Below are positions 45,251-56,442 of a DNA stretch of 64,000 nucleotides, in pieces. The position numbers were made by a program, and so were the translations under genes. The notes beneath the pieces were generated by a model that was given only the letters and a program-made list of their open reading frames with translations, searched no databases and was not told where the DNA came from. Source of the stretch: an uncultured Clostridia bacterium (lineage in GTDB: Bacteria > Bacillota > Clostridia > Christensenellales > CAMQZB01); contig CAMQZB010000002.1 of NCBI GenBank assembly GCA_947039455.1, forward strand, positions 22,736 to 86,735, written 5' to 3'. Numbering within the stretch: position 1 is the first letter of the stretch; every line of letters begins with the position of its first letter.

Positions 45251-47098
45251 ATGGTAAAAGATTTAAAAGAAAAACTGAATAATTTACCCACCTCCTCAGG
45301 GGTATATGTAATGCTTGATGAGATGGGGGAGATAATCTATATTGGAAAGGCACGAGTACTAAAAAATCGTGTCCGTCAGTATTTTAATTCACCGAAAAAT
45401 CTCACAGATAAAGTCATTGCAATGGTAAACAAAATCAATGACTTTTATTATTATGTAACGAAAACTGAAGCGGACGCATTAGTGTTTGAATCAAACCTAA
45501 TTAAAAAGCACAAACCTCAGTATAATATATTATTAAAAGACGACAAAAACTACCCATATTTCCGAATAAACAAACATCAAAAGTTTCCGAAAGTTGAAGT
45601 AACAAGACGATTGCGAAAAGATAAGAGCAGTTATTTTGGACCATATATGGGTGGCGTGCCAATGAGCGAATTGCAAAAACTGGTACATGAAGGGTTTAAG
45701 ATAAGAACTTGCAATTTGAACTTTGACAAAATACCAAAAAATCACCGCCCATGCCTAAATTATCAAATCAACCGCTGTGATGCACCTTGTATAGGGGCGA
45801 TTAACAGTGAAGATTACAGGTTAAAAATAGAAGAAGTAATTCGCTTTCTAAAAGGCGAAACTGCTAATATTGAAAAACTGCTAGAAGATAAAATGGTAGT
45901 ATTAGCGGAGAACGAAATGTTCGAGCGAGCGATTGAGATTAGAACCATGCTTGGAATAGTGTCGAAAATAAATGAAAGAAAACTAACAGCACTAGCAAAA
46001 AATATAGATATAGATATCTTTACTTTCAGCACAGACGGAATAAACCGTGTGGTGAATCACTTAGTAATTAGACAAGGCAGAATGCAAGGTGGTGAGAATA
46101 TAAACGTAGTAGATTGCATATCAACTGAAAACGAAGTTCTTTCAACATATATTTTGCAACACTACCAAAGCGTAGAAATTCCTGATGAAATCATAACAAC
46201 ATTACCTGATGAAGACTTAACAGCATTAAATGAAGCATTGATTGAAACAAGGAAAAAACGGTTTAATATATTGTCCCCAAAAATTGGGTTCAGACGTGGC
46301 TTAGTTGAAATGTCCGAGCAAAACGGACAGGAGTATCTAGCGAAGTTTATTGATAGAATAAAGATCAAAGCGGATATGACAACAGGCTCAGCGGAACTAC
46401 TTGGAAACTACTTGAACTTGCCCTATATTAAGCGTATGGAGTGCTATGATATATCAAACATAAGCGGAGTGGATAAAGTAGCCTCAATGGTAGTATTTAT
46501 CAACGGAGAAGCGGAGAAATCACATTATAGACGGTTTAAAATCAAAACAGTAGAAGGAGCTAATGACTTTGCTTCAATGAAAGAAGTAGTGTCAAGACGA
46601 CTTGATAGGCTAGTAGCAAAAGACACCGACGATAGCTTTGGATCAACTCCTGATTTAATAGTAGTAGACGGCGGAAAAGGACAGTTATCATATGCCCTAG
46701 ATGCCATGGAAGAACGTGGTTTGAATATACCGATAATAGGATTAGCCGAGAAGAATGAAGAGATATATCTTCCAAATGACAGCGAACCACTAATAATTTC
46801 AAAACGTGACAATGCCTTGAAAATGTTAATACGCATGAGAGACGAAACCCACAGATTTGCAATAACATACTTTAGGTCTTTGCACAATAAAAATTCCCTA
46901 AAATCCAAACTTGACGGAATAGAGGGCGTAGGTACAAAGAAGAAAGCTGCGTTATTTATAAAATTTGAAACAGTAAGTAAAATAAAAAAAGCAACAGTAA
47001 AAGAGTTAATGGAAGTTGAAGGGGTAGGAAAAGTACTAGCAACGGAAATTTTTGAATATTTTAATAATACAAAAGAGGTGAAAAGCAATGAAATATAA
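45251..47098 (+). CDS. uvrC: excinuclease ABC subunit C
   Basis: GIY-YIG motif (GVYVMLD..GEIIYIGKARVLKNRVRQYF), the UvrBC-interaction region, and a C-terminal RNase H-like domain plus (HhH)2. ATG at 45251 aligns with the normal UvrC N-terminus. The track's TTG at 45215 is itself a -35 box. Confidence 0.93.
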   Translation: MVKDLKEKLNNLPTSSGVYVMLDEMGEIIYIGKARVLKNRVRQYFNSPKNLTDKVIAMVNKINDFYYYVTKTEADALVFESNLIKKHKPQYNILLKDDKNYPYFRINKHQKFPKVEVTRRLRKDKSSYFGPYMGGVPMSELQKLVHEGFKIRTCNLNFDKIPKNHRPCLNYQINRCDAPCIGAINSEDYRLKIEEVIRFLKGETANIEKLLEDKMVVLAENEMFERAIEIRTMLGIVSKINERKLTALAKNIDIDIFTFSTDGINRVVNHLVIRQGRMQGGENINVVDCISTENEVLSTYILQHYQSVEIPDEIITTLPDEDLTALNEALIETRKKRFNILSPKIGFRRGLVEMSEQNGQEYLAKFIDRIKIKADMTTGSAELLGNYLNLPYIKRMECYDISNISGVDKVASMVVFINGEAEKSHYRRFKIKTVEGANDFASMKEVVSRRLDRLVAKDTDDSFGSTPDLIVVDGGKGQLSYALDAMEERGLNIPIIGLAEKNEEIYLPNDSEPLIISKRDNALKMLIRMRDETHRFAITYFRSLHNKNSLKSKLDGIEGVGTKKKAALFIKFETVSKIKKATVKELMEVEGVGKVLATEIFEYFNNTKEVKSNEI

Positions 47099-47894
47099 AT
47101 TTATAGCAACAGATTTCGACGATACATTAATAAGAGATGACCACACAGTATCACAAGAAACAATAGATACAATTCACAAATTCATAGACATGGGCGGAGT
47201 ATTCGTGTTTGCAACAGGTAGAGCGTTAAATTCAATACACGCATTCGCAAAAAGCATAAATGTTGAAACCTTTATCATATCATATAATGGCGCAAGTTTA
47301 TATGACATGAAAAAAGGCGAAGAATTGCTTCAAATTTCTATACCATATGAAAATGCGGTAGAGGTTATAAAGGAGTACGAACGCCAAGGAGTGTATTGTC
47401 AAATATACAACAAGGGGAGAATATTTACAAAAAGCCAAACGGAAAATAGTGATGAGTATCAAAGATTGTCAGGTTGCAAAATAGAATGTGTTGAAGAAAA
47501 CTTATCAGCGTATGTTGAAAGAGAAAAGTTATCCGCAATGAAAATTCTAGCAATCACAGACCCAACAACAGCTGCGAAACTAACTGGAGTAATGCAAGAA
47601 AAGCTAGGTGAAGATCATCAATTCTTTTGTTCAAAACCACGTTATCTTGAATGTGTATCAAAAGATGCAGGAAAAGGCGAGATGTGTGCTAAACTAATAG
47701 CGAAACTTGGAATTAAGCAAGAAGAAACTATGACATTTGGTGATGGTCAAAACGACATATCACTACTAAAATTTGGCGGAATGGGCGTAGCAGTTGAGAA
47801 CGGTGGAAAGGAAGTAAAAGAAGCCTGTGATTATGTAACTGATACAAACAACAATGACGGCGTAAGAAAAGCAATAGAGAAGTTTATATTTTAA
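47088..47894 (+). CDS. Cof-type HAD-IIB family hydrolase
   Basis: N-terminal ATDFDDTL, FVFATGR, and C-terminal FGDGQNDISLL...GVAVENG. Confidence 0.88.
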   Translation: MKYKFIATDFDDTLIRDDHTVSQETIDTIHKFIDMGGVFVFATGRALNSIHAFAKSINVETFIISYNGASLYDMKKGEELLQISIPYENAVEVIKEYERQGVYCQIYNKGRIFTKSQTENSDEYQRLSGCKIECVEENLSAYVEREKLSAMKILAITDPTTAAKLTGVMQEKLGEDHQFFCSKPRYLECVSKDAGKGEMCAKLIAKLGIKQEETMTFGDGQNDISLLKFGGMGVAVENGGKEVKEACDYVTDTNNNDGVRKAIEKFIF

Positions 47895-47922
47895 TTAATA
47901 TTGAATAAAGGAGTAAAGAAAC

Positions 47923-48849
47923 ATGGATAGCAATTTGATAGAGAGTACAGTAGTTAAAATTAGCGATTTTGCTAAAGAACTGAAACTTGAAGTAGTATAT
48001 GAAGGCTCAGGGGAAATGAACTTAACAACCTTCAACGTAAATCGTCCAGGATTGCAACTAGCAGGATACTTTGATTATTTCGGAGAGAACAGAGTTCAAG
48101 TAATGGGTAATGCGGAGATGTATTACTACAACGAAAAGCCTGACAATGATAAAACAATGGTAATGGATATGCTTATGTCAAATTCAATCCCATGTGTAAT
48201 AGTGTGTCGTGACCTAGAAATATCTGATATATTCTTAGATTCATTCAAGAATAACAATGTGCCATTGCTAAGAACCTATATGGAAACTACGGCATTTATC
48301 AATAACCTAATAATCTACCTAAACAACGTTTTAGCACCAAAAACTACAAAACATGGAGTACTAGTTGACGTTTTCGGAGTAGGCGTGTTGCTTACAGGAA
48401 AAAGCGGAATAGGAAAGAGTGAAACCGCACTTGAACTTATCAAAAGGGGACACAGACTAGTATCTGACGATGCAGTAATTATTAGAAACGTACAAAATTC
48501 ACTAATAGGAACAAGCCCAGAAATTATCCGTCACTTTATGGAAATAAGGGGAATCGGAATTATGGACGTTCAAAGGTCATATGGAGTAAGAGCAACAGCT
48601 GATGAGAAGCATATTGACTTAGTAGTTGAAATGGAGCATTGGGATTCTAACAAGAATTACGATAGACTTGGCGGTAATACATTATTCGAAGAAATTTTAG
48701 GTGTATACGTACCAAAGATAGTACTTCCAATTACCCCAGGACGAAACTTACCAATAATACTAGAAGCAGCGGCAACCACTCATGCACTAAGATTAAGTGG
48801 ATACGATGCAGCGAATATTTTAATTGAAAAATCAATGGGCAAAAAATGA
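47923..48849 (+). CDS. hprK: HPr kinase/phosphorylase
   Basis: P-loop GKSGIGKSETALELIKRGHRLVSDD and the signature EIRGIGI. Confidence 0.96.
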   Translation: MDSNLIESTVVKISDFAKELKLEVVYEGSGEMNLTTFNVNRPGLQLAGYFDYFGENRVQVMGNAEMYYYNEKPDNDKTMVMDMLMSNSIPCVIVCRDLEISDIFLDSFKNNNVPLLRTYMETTAFINNLIIYLNNVLAPKTTKHGVLVDVFGVGVLLTGKSGIGKSETALELIKRGHRLVSDDAVIIRNVQNSLIGTSPEIIRHFMEIRGIGIMDVQRSYGVRATADEKHIDLVVEMEHWDSNKNYDRLGGNTLFEEILGVYVPKIVLPITPGRNLPIILEAAATTHALRLSGYDAANILIEKSMGKK

Positions 48850-49799
48850 AAATAGGCAATATTGAACTAAAGAATAAATATATACTAGCACCATTAGCGG
48901 GAATCGCCGATGTGGGGTTTAGGAAAGTGTGTCGCGATGCAGGCGCAGGTTTGTCATTCACTGAAATGGTAAGTTGCAAAGGATTGAAATACAATAACCA
49001 AAACTCATTTAAAATACTAAAGAAAGCAGTAAACGAGAACCCATGTGGCGTTCAAATTTTCGGTAACGATAAAGACGTTTTTGCGGAAACAGTAGCAAGC
49101 GGTGTTTTTGATGCATTTGATATAATAGATATAAACATGGGTTGTCCTGTTGCAAAAGTAGCGGGTAAGGGCGAAGGTGCTAGACTTATGTTAAATGAAG
49201 AACTAGCATCTGAACTAATCAAAGCGGTGGTTGCTAATACTGATAAGCCAGTAACAGTAAAATTCCGTAAAGGTTGGGACGATACATTTGTAAACGCAGT
49301 TGAATTTGCTATTATGTGTGAACAGTCAGGAGCGGCGGCGGTTACAGTTCATGGAAGAACAAGAGCGCAAATGTATACAGGCAAAGCCGACTATGACATT
49401 ATAGCAAGAGTAAAAGACGCAGTGAAAATTCCAGTAATCGGAAACGGTGATGTATTTTCAAAAGCCGATGCGGAACGAATGGAACGAGAAACCAACTGTG
49501 ACGGAATAATGATCGCAAGAGGTGCAATAGGATCTCCGTGGATTTTCAGCGAATTGCTAGATATTCCATACACAAAGAATAAATTTGATACAATGAGAGA
49601 GCATATTAATATATTTGAAGAAAGCACTGATGAGCGTTTTGCGGTAATTAATATGAGAAAACACTTTTCTGCATACTTTAAAGGCATGAAAAACTGTGCA
49701 AAGTATAGAAGTGCAATAAATACTCTAGCTACAAAAAAAGAGATATTCCAATTGCTTGACGACCTTGAAAAAAGTCAAGACATTGAAGAATTAGTATAA
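48846..49799 (+). CDS. dusB: tRNA dihydrouridine synthase
   Basis: LAPLAGI.D..FR, DINMGCP, VTVK.R.GWD, TVHGRTR and NGD motifs. Confidence 0.9.
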   Translation: MKIGNIELKNKYILAPLAGIADVGFRKVCRDAGAGLSFTEMVSCKGLKYNNQNSFKILKKAVNENPCGVQIFGNDKDVFAETVASGVFDAFDIIDINMGCPVAKVAGKGEGARLMLNEELASELIKAVVANTDKPVTVKFRKGWDDTFVNAVEFAIMCEQSGAAAVTVHGRTRAQMYTGKADYDIIARVKDAVKIPVIGNGDVFSKADAERMERETNCDGIMIARGAIGSPWIFSELLDIPYTKNKFDTMREHINIFEESTDERFAVINMRKHFSAYFKGMKNCAKYRSAINTLATKKEIFQLLDDLEKSQDIEELV

Positions 49800-49844
49800 A
49801 AACAAAAGAAAAGGAGAGTTCCTATTTTGGAACAGTAATATAAT

Positions 49845-50336
49845 ATGAAAGAGATTAATATAGTATTAGTAGAGCCTGAAATACCTCAAAACACAGGCAA
49901 CATAGCAAGAACTTGCGCTTGTACTGGAGCAAGATTGCATCTAGTAAGACCACTTGGTTTTAATATCACAGATAAGCAATTAAAAAGAGCAGGGCTTGAT
50001 TATTGGAACGATTTAGACATTACTTATTACGATAGTTTAGATGAGTTTATGGAAATAAACAAAGACGGAAACCTATATTTCTTTACTACAAAAGGGCAAA
50101 AAAGATATTCTGACGTGGAATTTCCTGATAAGTCATTCTTGATATTCGGAAAAGAAACAAAGGGATTGCCTGAAGACCTTTTAAACGATAACTATGATAA
50201 AGCACTTCGAATACCTATGAGACCAGAAATGCGTTCACTAAACTTATCAAACACAGTATGTATGGTAGTGTATGAAATGTTAAGACAAAATGATTTTGAC
50301 GGACTTGAAGATATAGGTCACTTAACAAAATTCTAA
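49845..50336 (+). CDS. trmL: tRNA (cytidine/uridine-34-2'-O)-methyltransferase, SpoU/TrmL family
   Basis: IVLVEPEIPQNTGNIARTC, LIFGKETKGLP, IPM....RSLNLSN. Confidence 0.88.
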   Translation: MKEINIVLVEPEIPQNTGNIARTCACTGARLHLVRPLGFNITDKQLKRAGLDYWNDLDITYYDSLDEFMEINKDGNLYFFTTKGQKRYSDVEFPDKSFLIFGKETKGLPEDLLNDNYDKALRIPMRPEMRSLNLSNTVCMVVYEMLRQNDFDGLEDIGHLTKF

Positions 50337-50386
50337 AATATACTATAAAAAAATTGGTAAAAATTGAGTTTTTTGAGTATATTTGA

Positions 50387-50416
50387 TTGACAGAATTAAG
50401 TTTTTAAAGGTAAAAT
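50387..50416 (+). promoter_or_regulatory. sigma-A promoter of the Na/Pi cotransporter gene
   Basis: TTGACA (50387-50392), 18 nt, TAAAAT (50411-50416). Confidence 0.6.
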
Positions 50417-50464
50417 AGGAATGGCGAAAATCGTCAATATAAATTATAAAAGGAAGAAAATCTT

Positions 50465-52168
50465 ATGTTAGATGGAATATTTAAAATATTTTCTATGCTA
50501 GGAGGCCTTGCCATATTTATGTATGGTATGAAGATTATGGGAGATAGTCTTGAAGCCTTAGCTGGAAGTAAAATGAAATCAATGTTTGCACGAGTTTCTG
50601 ATAATAAGCTGAAAGGCGTAGGAATAGGAATGGGGGTTACTGCGGTAATCCAAAGTTCCTCCGCAACCACAGTTATGCTTGTTGGATTTGTTAACATAGG
50701 ATTTTTATCACTAAAACAATCTGCCGCAATAATAATGGGTTCAAACATAGGAACAACTATTACTGCGCAATTATCATCACTATCATCAATAGGCGGAGTA
50801 TTCGATATTACAGCGATAATGTCATTGCTAGCGATAGTGGGATTAGTATTGTTTATGTTTATTAAAAGCGATTCATCAAACCATTTAGGCTTGATATTAT
50901 TAGGGCTTGGAATGTTGTTTATTGGACTAGACCTAATGAGTGGATCAATGAAATCATTTGCGTTAAACCCAGACGGATCACCGTCAACATTCGCAAATTT
51001 CATGTTAAGTTCATTCTCAAACCCATTAATCTGCATACTAGCGGGAATGTTATTTACCGCAATCATACAAAGTTCATCTGCTGCAACGGGAATATTACTA
51101 GTATTCGCATCAGCTAATATAATGACATTCGAAACAGCAATGTTCATGATCCTAGGAACGAACATCGGAACATGCGTAACAGCAATGCTGTCAAGTATCG
51201 GAACATCAACTAACGCAAAAAGAACCGCAGTAATTCACTTACTATTTAACGTAATCGGAACAGCAATAGTAACGATACCACTGTTATTTATAGGTGATAA
51301 AGCCGCAAACTTCTTTACAAGAATAAGCGGTGGAAACATAGAGCGGGCAATCGCAAACTTCCACACCGTGTTTAATATATTAGTAACATTAATATTGTTG
51401 CCATTCACTAATCAACTAGTACAATTAGCAACGTTAATAGTACCAAAACGAGAAAACAGCAACTCAAGTAAACCAAAAAGATTGTTCTACCTTGACGAAC
51501 GTATTTTAGCAACACCGTCACTAGCAGTAGCTCAAACTATCAGCGAAGTGAAAAACATGGCGGATATGGCAAATACTAACTTGCAAAAATCATTGAAAGC
51601 GTTGTTAACTGGAGATTTAGACGAAGTTGCTGAAATGCAAAAAGCTGAAGAAACTATTGATTATTTAAATATTGAAATTACAAACTACCTAATAAAATTT
51701 AGAGGACTTGATATAAGTATCAAGGATCAAAATATGATCGGTTCACTTTATCACGTAGTAACGGATATCGAAAGAATCGGTGACCACGCTGAAAATATAT
51801 GGAAAAACGCTGCAAGAATGCAGAAAAATGACATACAATTCAGTGAAATAGCACAAACAGAGTTGAAGAACGTTCAAGTTATCTTGCAAGAGATGTACGA
51901 AGAAACTGTCAGTGCATTTGTGTATCGTGACCGTTCAGTATTGTCAAAACTTGCGGTGAATGAAACTTTAGTTGATAATGCAAAACGTCAAATGAAGATT
52001 GATCACATTGAGCGTTTAAACAATAGCGAATGTTCAGCGGAAGCTGGCGCAATCTATTTGTCAATAGCAAGTCAACTTGAAAGGGTAGGAGATCACCTAG
52101 CAAATATGGCGTACTCAATCCTATCATATGAGGACAAGTTATCCCTTGGAGATATCAAAGCAAATTAG
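50465..52168 (+). CDS. Na+/phosphate cotransporter family protein with C-terminal PhoU-like domains
   Basis: Duplicated QSSSATT / QSSSAATG motifs within TM repeats. The C-terminal helical repeats carry ERIGDHAENI and ERVGDHLANM. Confidence 0.9.
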   Translation: MLDGIFKIFSMLGGLAIFMYGMKIMGDSLEALAGSKMKSMFARVSDNKLKGVGIGMGVTAVIQSSSATTVMLVGFVNIGFLSLKQSAAIIMGSNIGTTITAQLSSLSSIGGVFDITAIMSLLAIVGLVLFMFIKSDSSNHLGLILLGLGMLFIGLDLMSGSMKSFALNPDGSPSTFANFMLSSFSNPLICILAGMLFTAIIQSSSAATGILLVFASANIMTFETAMFMILGTNIGTCVTAMLSSIGTSTNAKRTAVIHLLFNVIGTAIVTIPLLFIGDKAANFFTRISGGNIERAIANFHTVFNILVTLILLPFTNQLVQLATLIVPKRENSNSSKPKRLFYLDERILATPSLAVAQTISEVKNMADMANTNLQKSLKALLTGDLDEVAEMQKAEETIDYLNIEITNYLIKFRGLDISIKDQNMIGSLYHVVTDIERIGDHAENIWKNAARMQKNDIQFSEIAQTELKNVQVILQEMYEETVSAFVYRDRSVLSKLAVNETLVDNAKRQMKIDHIERLNNSECSAEAGAIYLSIASQLERVGDHLANMAYSILSYEDKLSLGDIKAN

Positions 52169-52262
52169 TGAAAAGCATTCGTTAATTATTTGACAAATTC
52201 AATAAAATATATTAGAATAAAGAAGTAAAAAAATAAAGCGAACCTATTTAAGGAGAATGACT

Positions 52263-53450
52263 ATGAATAAGAAAACAATTTTGGATATTGATGTAAAAGG
52301 CAAAAAATGTCTAGTTAGAGTGGATTTTAACGTTCCATTAAATGCAGACAAAAAAATTACTGATGAAAACAGAATTTTCGGTGCACTTCCTACAATCAAG
52401 TATTTACTTGAGAAGGGAGCGAAAGTAGTACTATGTTCACACCTAGGAAGACCTAAAGGTGAATTTAATATGAAGTATTCTCTTGAGCCAGTAGCAATTC
52501 GTTTAAATGAGTTACTTGATGGAAAAGTTACATTCGCTAATGACATAATTGGTGATGACGCTATTTCAAAAGTAGCAAGAATGCAAGAAGGTGAAGTAGT
52601 TCTTTTAGAGAATCTACGTTTCCATAAAGAAGAAGAAAAAAATGATCCAGAGTTTTCAAAAGCATTAGCTGAATACGCTGAAATCTATGTAAACGACGCA
52701 TTCGGAACAGCCCACAGAGCCCACGCATCAACTGCAGGAGTAGCGGATTACGTTAAAACAGCAGTAGCAGGATTCCTAATCGGAAAAGAGCTAGAAATCA
52801 TGGGTGGTGCATTAACTGAGCCAAAACGTCCATTCGTTGCAATCCTTGGTGGTGCGAAAGTATCAGACAAAATCGGAGTAATCAATAACTTGCTTGAAAA
52901 AGTAGACACATTGATTATCGGTGGTGCAATGGCGTACACATTCTTAGTAGCTCAAGGTTATGCAGTTGGAAAATCTTTAGTTGAAGCTGACAAAGTTGAG
53001 CTTGCTAAAGAACTAATCGTAAAAGCAAAAGCAAAAGGCGTAAAATTCATGTTACCAACGGATCACATAGTATCAAAAGAGTTCTCAAACGAAGTTCCAG
53101 TAATGTCAGTAGCAAGCGACAGTATGCCAGCTGATCAAATGGGATTAGACATAGGTGCAAACACAATTACAGCTTACGCAAATGCAGTAGCAAATGCAGG
53201 AACAGTAATTTGGAACGGACCAATGGGCGTATTTGAAATGTCAAATTTCGCAAATGGAACAAAAGGTGTAGCTAAAGCATTAGCAGAAAGCAACGCAATC
53301 ACAATCATCGGAGGCGGAGATTCAGCTGCAGCAGTAGCACAATTAGGCTATGCTGACAAAATGACTCACATCTCAACTGGTGGTGGCGCAAGTCTTGAAT
53401 TCTTAGAAGGACTTATTCTTCCAGGTGTAGCTTGTCTTAACGATAAGTAA
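52263..53450 (+). CDS. pgk: phosphoglycerate kinase
   Basis: [37 protein letters not shown] at 52263 lies 7 nt after AAGGAG, and the track ATG at 52257 is only 1 nt after it. Confidence 0.96.
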   Translation: MNKKTILDIDVKGKKCLVRVDFNVPLNADKKITDENRIFGALPTIKYLLEKGAKVVLCSHLGRPKGEFNMKYSLEPVAIRLNELLDGKVTFANDIIGDDAISKVARMQEGEVVLLENLRFHKEEEKNDPEFSKALAEYAEIYVNDAFGTAHRAHASTAGVADYVKTAVAGFLIGKELEIMGGALTEPKRPFVAILGGAKVSDKIGVINNLLEKVDTLIIGGAMAYTFLVAQGYAVGKSLVEADKVELAKELIVKAKAKGVKFMLPTDHIVSKEFSNEVPVMSVASDSMPADQMGLDIGANTITAYANAVANAGTVIWNGPMGVFEMSNFANGTKGVAKALAESNAITIIGGGDSAAAVAQLGYADKMTHISTGGGASLEFLEGLILPGVACLNDK

Positions 53451-53551
53451 ATCTAAAAAACTTGGGGCGGATAATTACCGCCTCATTATTTATATATAGT
53501 ATAATAAAAAAGCACAACAATAAAAAATAAAGAGATAAATGGAGAAAAATT

Positions 53552-54304
53552 ATGAGAAAACCTATAATTGCAGGCAACTGGAAAATGAATAAAACTAACG
53601 CAGAAACAAAAACTATGATTACTGAATTGTTACCACTAGTAGCAAATGCAGATTGCGAAGTAGTACTTTGCACACCGTTCACAGCTTTAGCTACAGCGGT
53701 AGAAGCGGCTAAAGGAAGCAACGTGAAAATCGGTGCTGAAAACGTACACTTTGCTAAATCAGGTGCATACACAGGCGAAATTTCAGCTGAAATGCTAGTA
53801 GAACTTGGTGTTGAATATGTTATTATCGGACACAGCGAAAGAAGACAATACTTTGCTGAAACTGATACAACAGTAAACCAACGTACAATTGCTGCACTTG
53901 AAGCGGGATTGAAAACTATGGTATGTTGTGGTGAAACTTTAGCTGAACGTGAAGCTGGAAACACTGAAAAAGTAAATGAACGTCAAATTTTAGGAGCTTT
54001 CGAAGGATTTACTGCTGATATGTTTGCTAACGTAGTTGTTGCATACGAGCCAGTTTGGGCTATCGGAACAGGAGTTACGGCAACTGACGAAGAAGCTAAC
54101 GCAACTGTTGGATATATCAGAAGTGTTGTTGCTAAAAGATTTGGAAATGACGTTGCTGATAGATTACGTATTCAATACGGTGGTTCAATGAATCCAAAGA
54201 ACGTTAAAGGATTGATGGCTAAACCAGAAATCGACGGTGGATTAATTGGCGGAGCTAGCTTGAACGCTGAAGATTTTTCAAAAGTTGTAAATTTCAACGC
54301 ATAA
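53552..54304 (+). CDS. tpiA: triosephosphate isomerase
   Basis: IAGNWKMN, IIGHSERR, AYEPVWAIGTG, GGASL. Confidence 0.97.
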   Translation: MRKPIIAGNWKMNKTNAETKTMITELLPLVANADCEVVLCTPFTALATAVEAAKGSNVKIGAENVHFAKSGAYTGEISAEMLVELGVEYVIIGHSERRQYFAETDTTVNQRTIAALEAGLKTMVCCGETLAEREAGNTEKVNERQILGAFEGFTADMFANVVVAYEPVWAIGTGVTATDEEANATVGYIRSVVAKRFGNDVADRLRIQYGGSMNPKNVKGLMAKPEIDGGLIGGASLNAEDFSKVVNFNA

Positions 54305-54322
54305 TTTAAATAAGGTAAAAAT

Positions 54323-55855
54323 ATGAAGAAAAAATTAACTATGTTAGCTATTTTAGATGGACTAGGTTGCGGAGAATCAAGCGACGGAAATGCCATCTCA
54401 ATTAGCGGAATACCAAATATTAAAAAACTTATGGAAAGATATCCTAATTCAAGATTGGGTGCATCAGGCTTGGAAGTTGGACTTCCTGAAGGTCAAATGG
54501 GCAACAGTGAAGTTGGTCATTTGAACATCGGTGCAGGCAGAATTGTATATCAAGAACTTACAAGAATTACAAAAGCAATAGCTGACGGAGATTTTTTCTC
54601 TAACCAAGCATTTATTGATCTATGCAAAAAGTTAAAAGACAACGGCGGAAAACTTCACTTGTTCGGACTATTGTCGAACGGTGGAGTGCACAGCCATATT
54701 GACCACCTTTTCGCATTAATCAAACTAGCAAAAGACCAAGGACTTAGTGATGTATTTATTCACGGTTTCCTTGATGGACGTGATGTTTCACCTACTTCAG
54801 GTGCTGATTTTATCGCAAAAACTTTTGCTTATACTAAAGAAATGGGCTTTGGAAAAATAGCATCAGTTTGTGGAAGATACTACGCAATGGATAGAGATAA
54901 CCGTTGGGAACGTGTTGAAGAAGGCTACAATATGATGACAAAAGGCGTTGGTGAATTAACTACTTGCCCTTATCAATCAGTGAAAAAAGCTTATGAAAAT
55001 GGTGTAACTGACGAATTTATCAAACCAATAATTGTTTCTGACAACGGAAAACCTGTTGCAACAATTCAAGATAATGACGGAATAATATTCTTTAACTATC
55101 GCCCTGATAGAGCTAGAGAAATCACAAGATGTTTTATTGAAAAAGACTTTAAAGAGTTCGAAAAAGCTCCAATCAATGTGTCTTTTGTTTCAATGACTCA
55201 ATACAAAGAAGATTTCAAAAACATCACAGTAGCCTATAAACCGCAAGCATTAACAAACACTCTAGGTGAATACGTAGCAAATTTAGGCAAAACTCAATTA
55301 AGAATTGCTGAAACTGAAAAATATGCTCACGTAACATTCTTCTTTAACGGTGGGGAGGAAGCTCCAAACAAAAACGAAGATAGAATATTAATCCCATCAC
55401 CAAAAGTAGCTACTTATGATATGCAACCAGAAATGAGTGCAAATGAAGTATGTGATGAAGTAATGAAAGCAATTGAAGAAGAAAAATATGATTTAATTAT
55501 CCTAAACTTCGCAAATTGCGACATGGTTGGACATACTGGAATAGTTGAAGCAACAGTGAAAGCTGTTGATACAGTTGATAAATGTATCGGAAAAATCGCT
55601 AAATTGATTAGTGAAAAAGGCGGTTCATTGCTAATAACAGCGGATCACGGAAATGCTGATAAAATGAAAGAGGCAGACGGTTCACCATTCACTGCCCACA
55701 CAACAAACCCAGTTCCATTAATTTTAGTTGACGATGCCAAAACATCAATGAAACTAGAGGACGGTTGCCTAGCGGACATCGCTCCAACAATCCTTAATTT
55801 AATGGGTCTAGAACAACCAAGCGAAATGACTGGAAAATCATTAATTAAAAAATAG
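54323..55855 (+). CDS. gpmI: 2,3-bisphosphoglycerate-independent phosphoglycerate mutase
   Basis: ILDGLG, MGNSEVGHLNIGAGR, LSNGGVHSH, FLDGRD, ADHGNAD. Confidence 0.96.
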   Translation: MKKKLTMLAILDGLGCGESSDGNAISISGIPNIKKLMERYPNSRLGASGLEVGLPEGQMGNSEVGHLNIGAGRIVYQELTRITKAIADGDFFSNQAFIDLCKKLKDNGGKLHLFGLLSNGGVHSHIDHLFALIKLAKDQGLSDVFIHGFLDGRDVSPTSGADFIAKTFAYTKEMGFGKIASVCGRYYAMDRDNRWERVEEGYNMMTKGVGELTTCPYQSVKKAYENGVTDEFIKPIIVSDNGKPVATIQDNDGIIFFNYRPDRAREITRCFIEKDFKEFEKAPINVSFVSMTQYKEDFKNITVAYKPQALTNTLGEYVANLGKTQLRIAETEKYAHVTFFFNGGEEAPNKNEDRILIPSPKVATYDMQPEMSANEVCDEVMKAIEEEKYDLIILNFANCDMVGHTGIVEATVKAVDTVDKCIGKIAKLISEKGGSLLITADHGNADKMKEADGSPFTAHTTNPVPLILVDDAKTSMKLEDGCLADIAPTILNLMGLEQPSEMTGKSLIKK

Positions 55856-55937
55856 TAATATTTTTCGAAAATTCGCTTGCTTAAAGAAAAGTAATGTGAT
55901 ATAATACACATACTGTGAAAAAATTGGAGAGATAAAT

Positions 55938-56273
55938 ATGTTTTCTACTTTAAATGTAATTTCAACGCTGTTAGCGCCACTGTTTACTGTTTCTAAAACG
56001 GTTTATAGTGTTATTCAAATCGCACTTATGGTTTGCATGGTGGTTTGCGCCGCTTTTGCTATCGTAGTAATTTTATTTCAACCTGGCAACAGCCAAGGTA
56101 GTGCGGTTACTGGTCAATCAGAAACTTTCTTAGGAAAGAACAAAAGCAATTCTTTTGAAGCTAAACTTAAAAGACTTACAGTAGTAGCACTAGTTGTTAT
56201 TATGGTATTCTCAGTTTTATTCTTCCTTGTTGCATCTGAAATTCTTATTGGCGTAGGAGCTATTATTGCCTAA
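55938..56273 (+). CDS. secG: preprotein translocase subunit SecG (with an N-terminal extension)
   Basis: TM1...ILFQPGNSQG...FLGK....E..L.R.T...A...TM2 pattern. Good RBS (GGAGAG). Conserved position before rnr-smpB. Confidence 0.75.
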   Translation: MFSTLNVISTLLAPLFTVSKTVYSVIQIALMVCMVVCAAFAIVVILFQPGNSQGSAVTGQSETFLGKNKSNSFEAKLKRLTVVALVVIMVFSVLFFLVASEILIGVGAIIA

Positions 56274-56297
56274 TTGGTAATAATCTAGAAAAGATAT

Positions 56298-56330
56298 CAA
56301 AACGGCTATATCACGGTATAGCCGTTTTTT
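56298..56330 (+). terminator. rho-independent terminator after secG
   Basis: ACGGCTATA / TATAGCCGT stem followed by TTTTTT. Confidence 0.88.
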
Positions 56331-56442
56331 ATACTTTTTTCATGAAAAATTAATAAAGAAAGAAAAATTGCAAAGACTAATCCCAAGGCGATAAATGCTG
56401 TTGGTGACAAATATATGAAAATACACATTCGGAAGAGGTAAC

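Noticed and set aside
50434-51165. 243-aa - strand ORF antisense to the Na/Pi cotransporter
   Set aside because: It is a shadow ORF. The + strand frame carries the diagnostic duplicated QSSSA motifs. The - strand product is low-complexity (Ile/Asn/Pro-rich) and has no start context.
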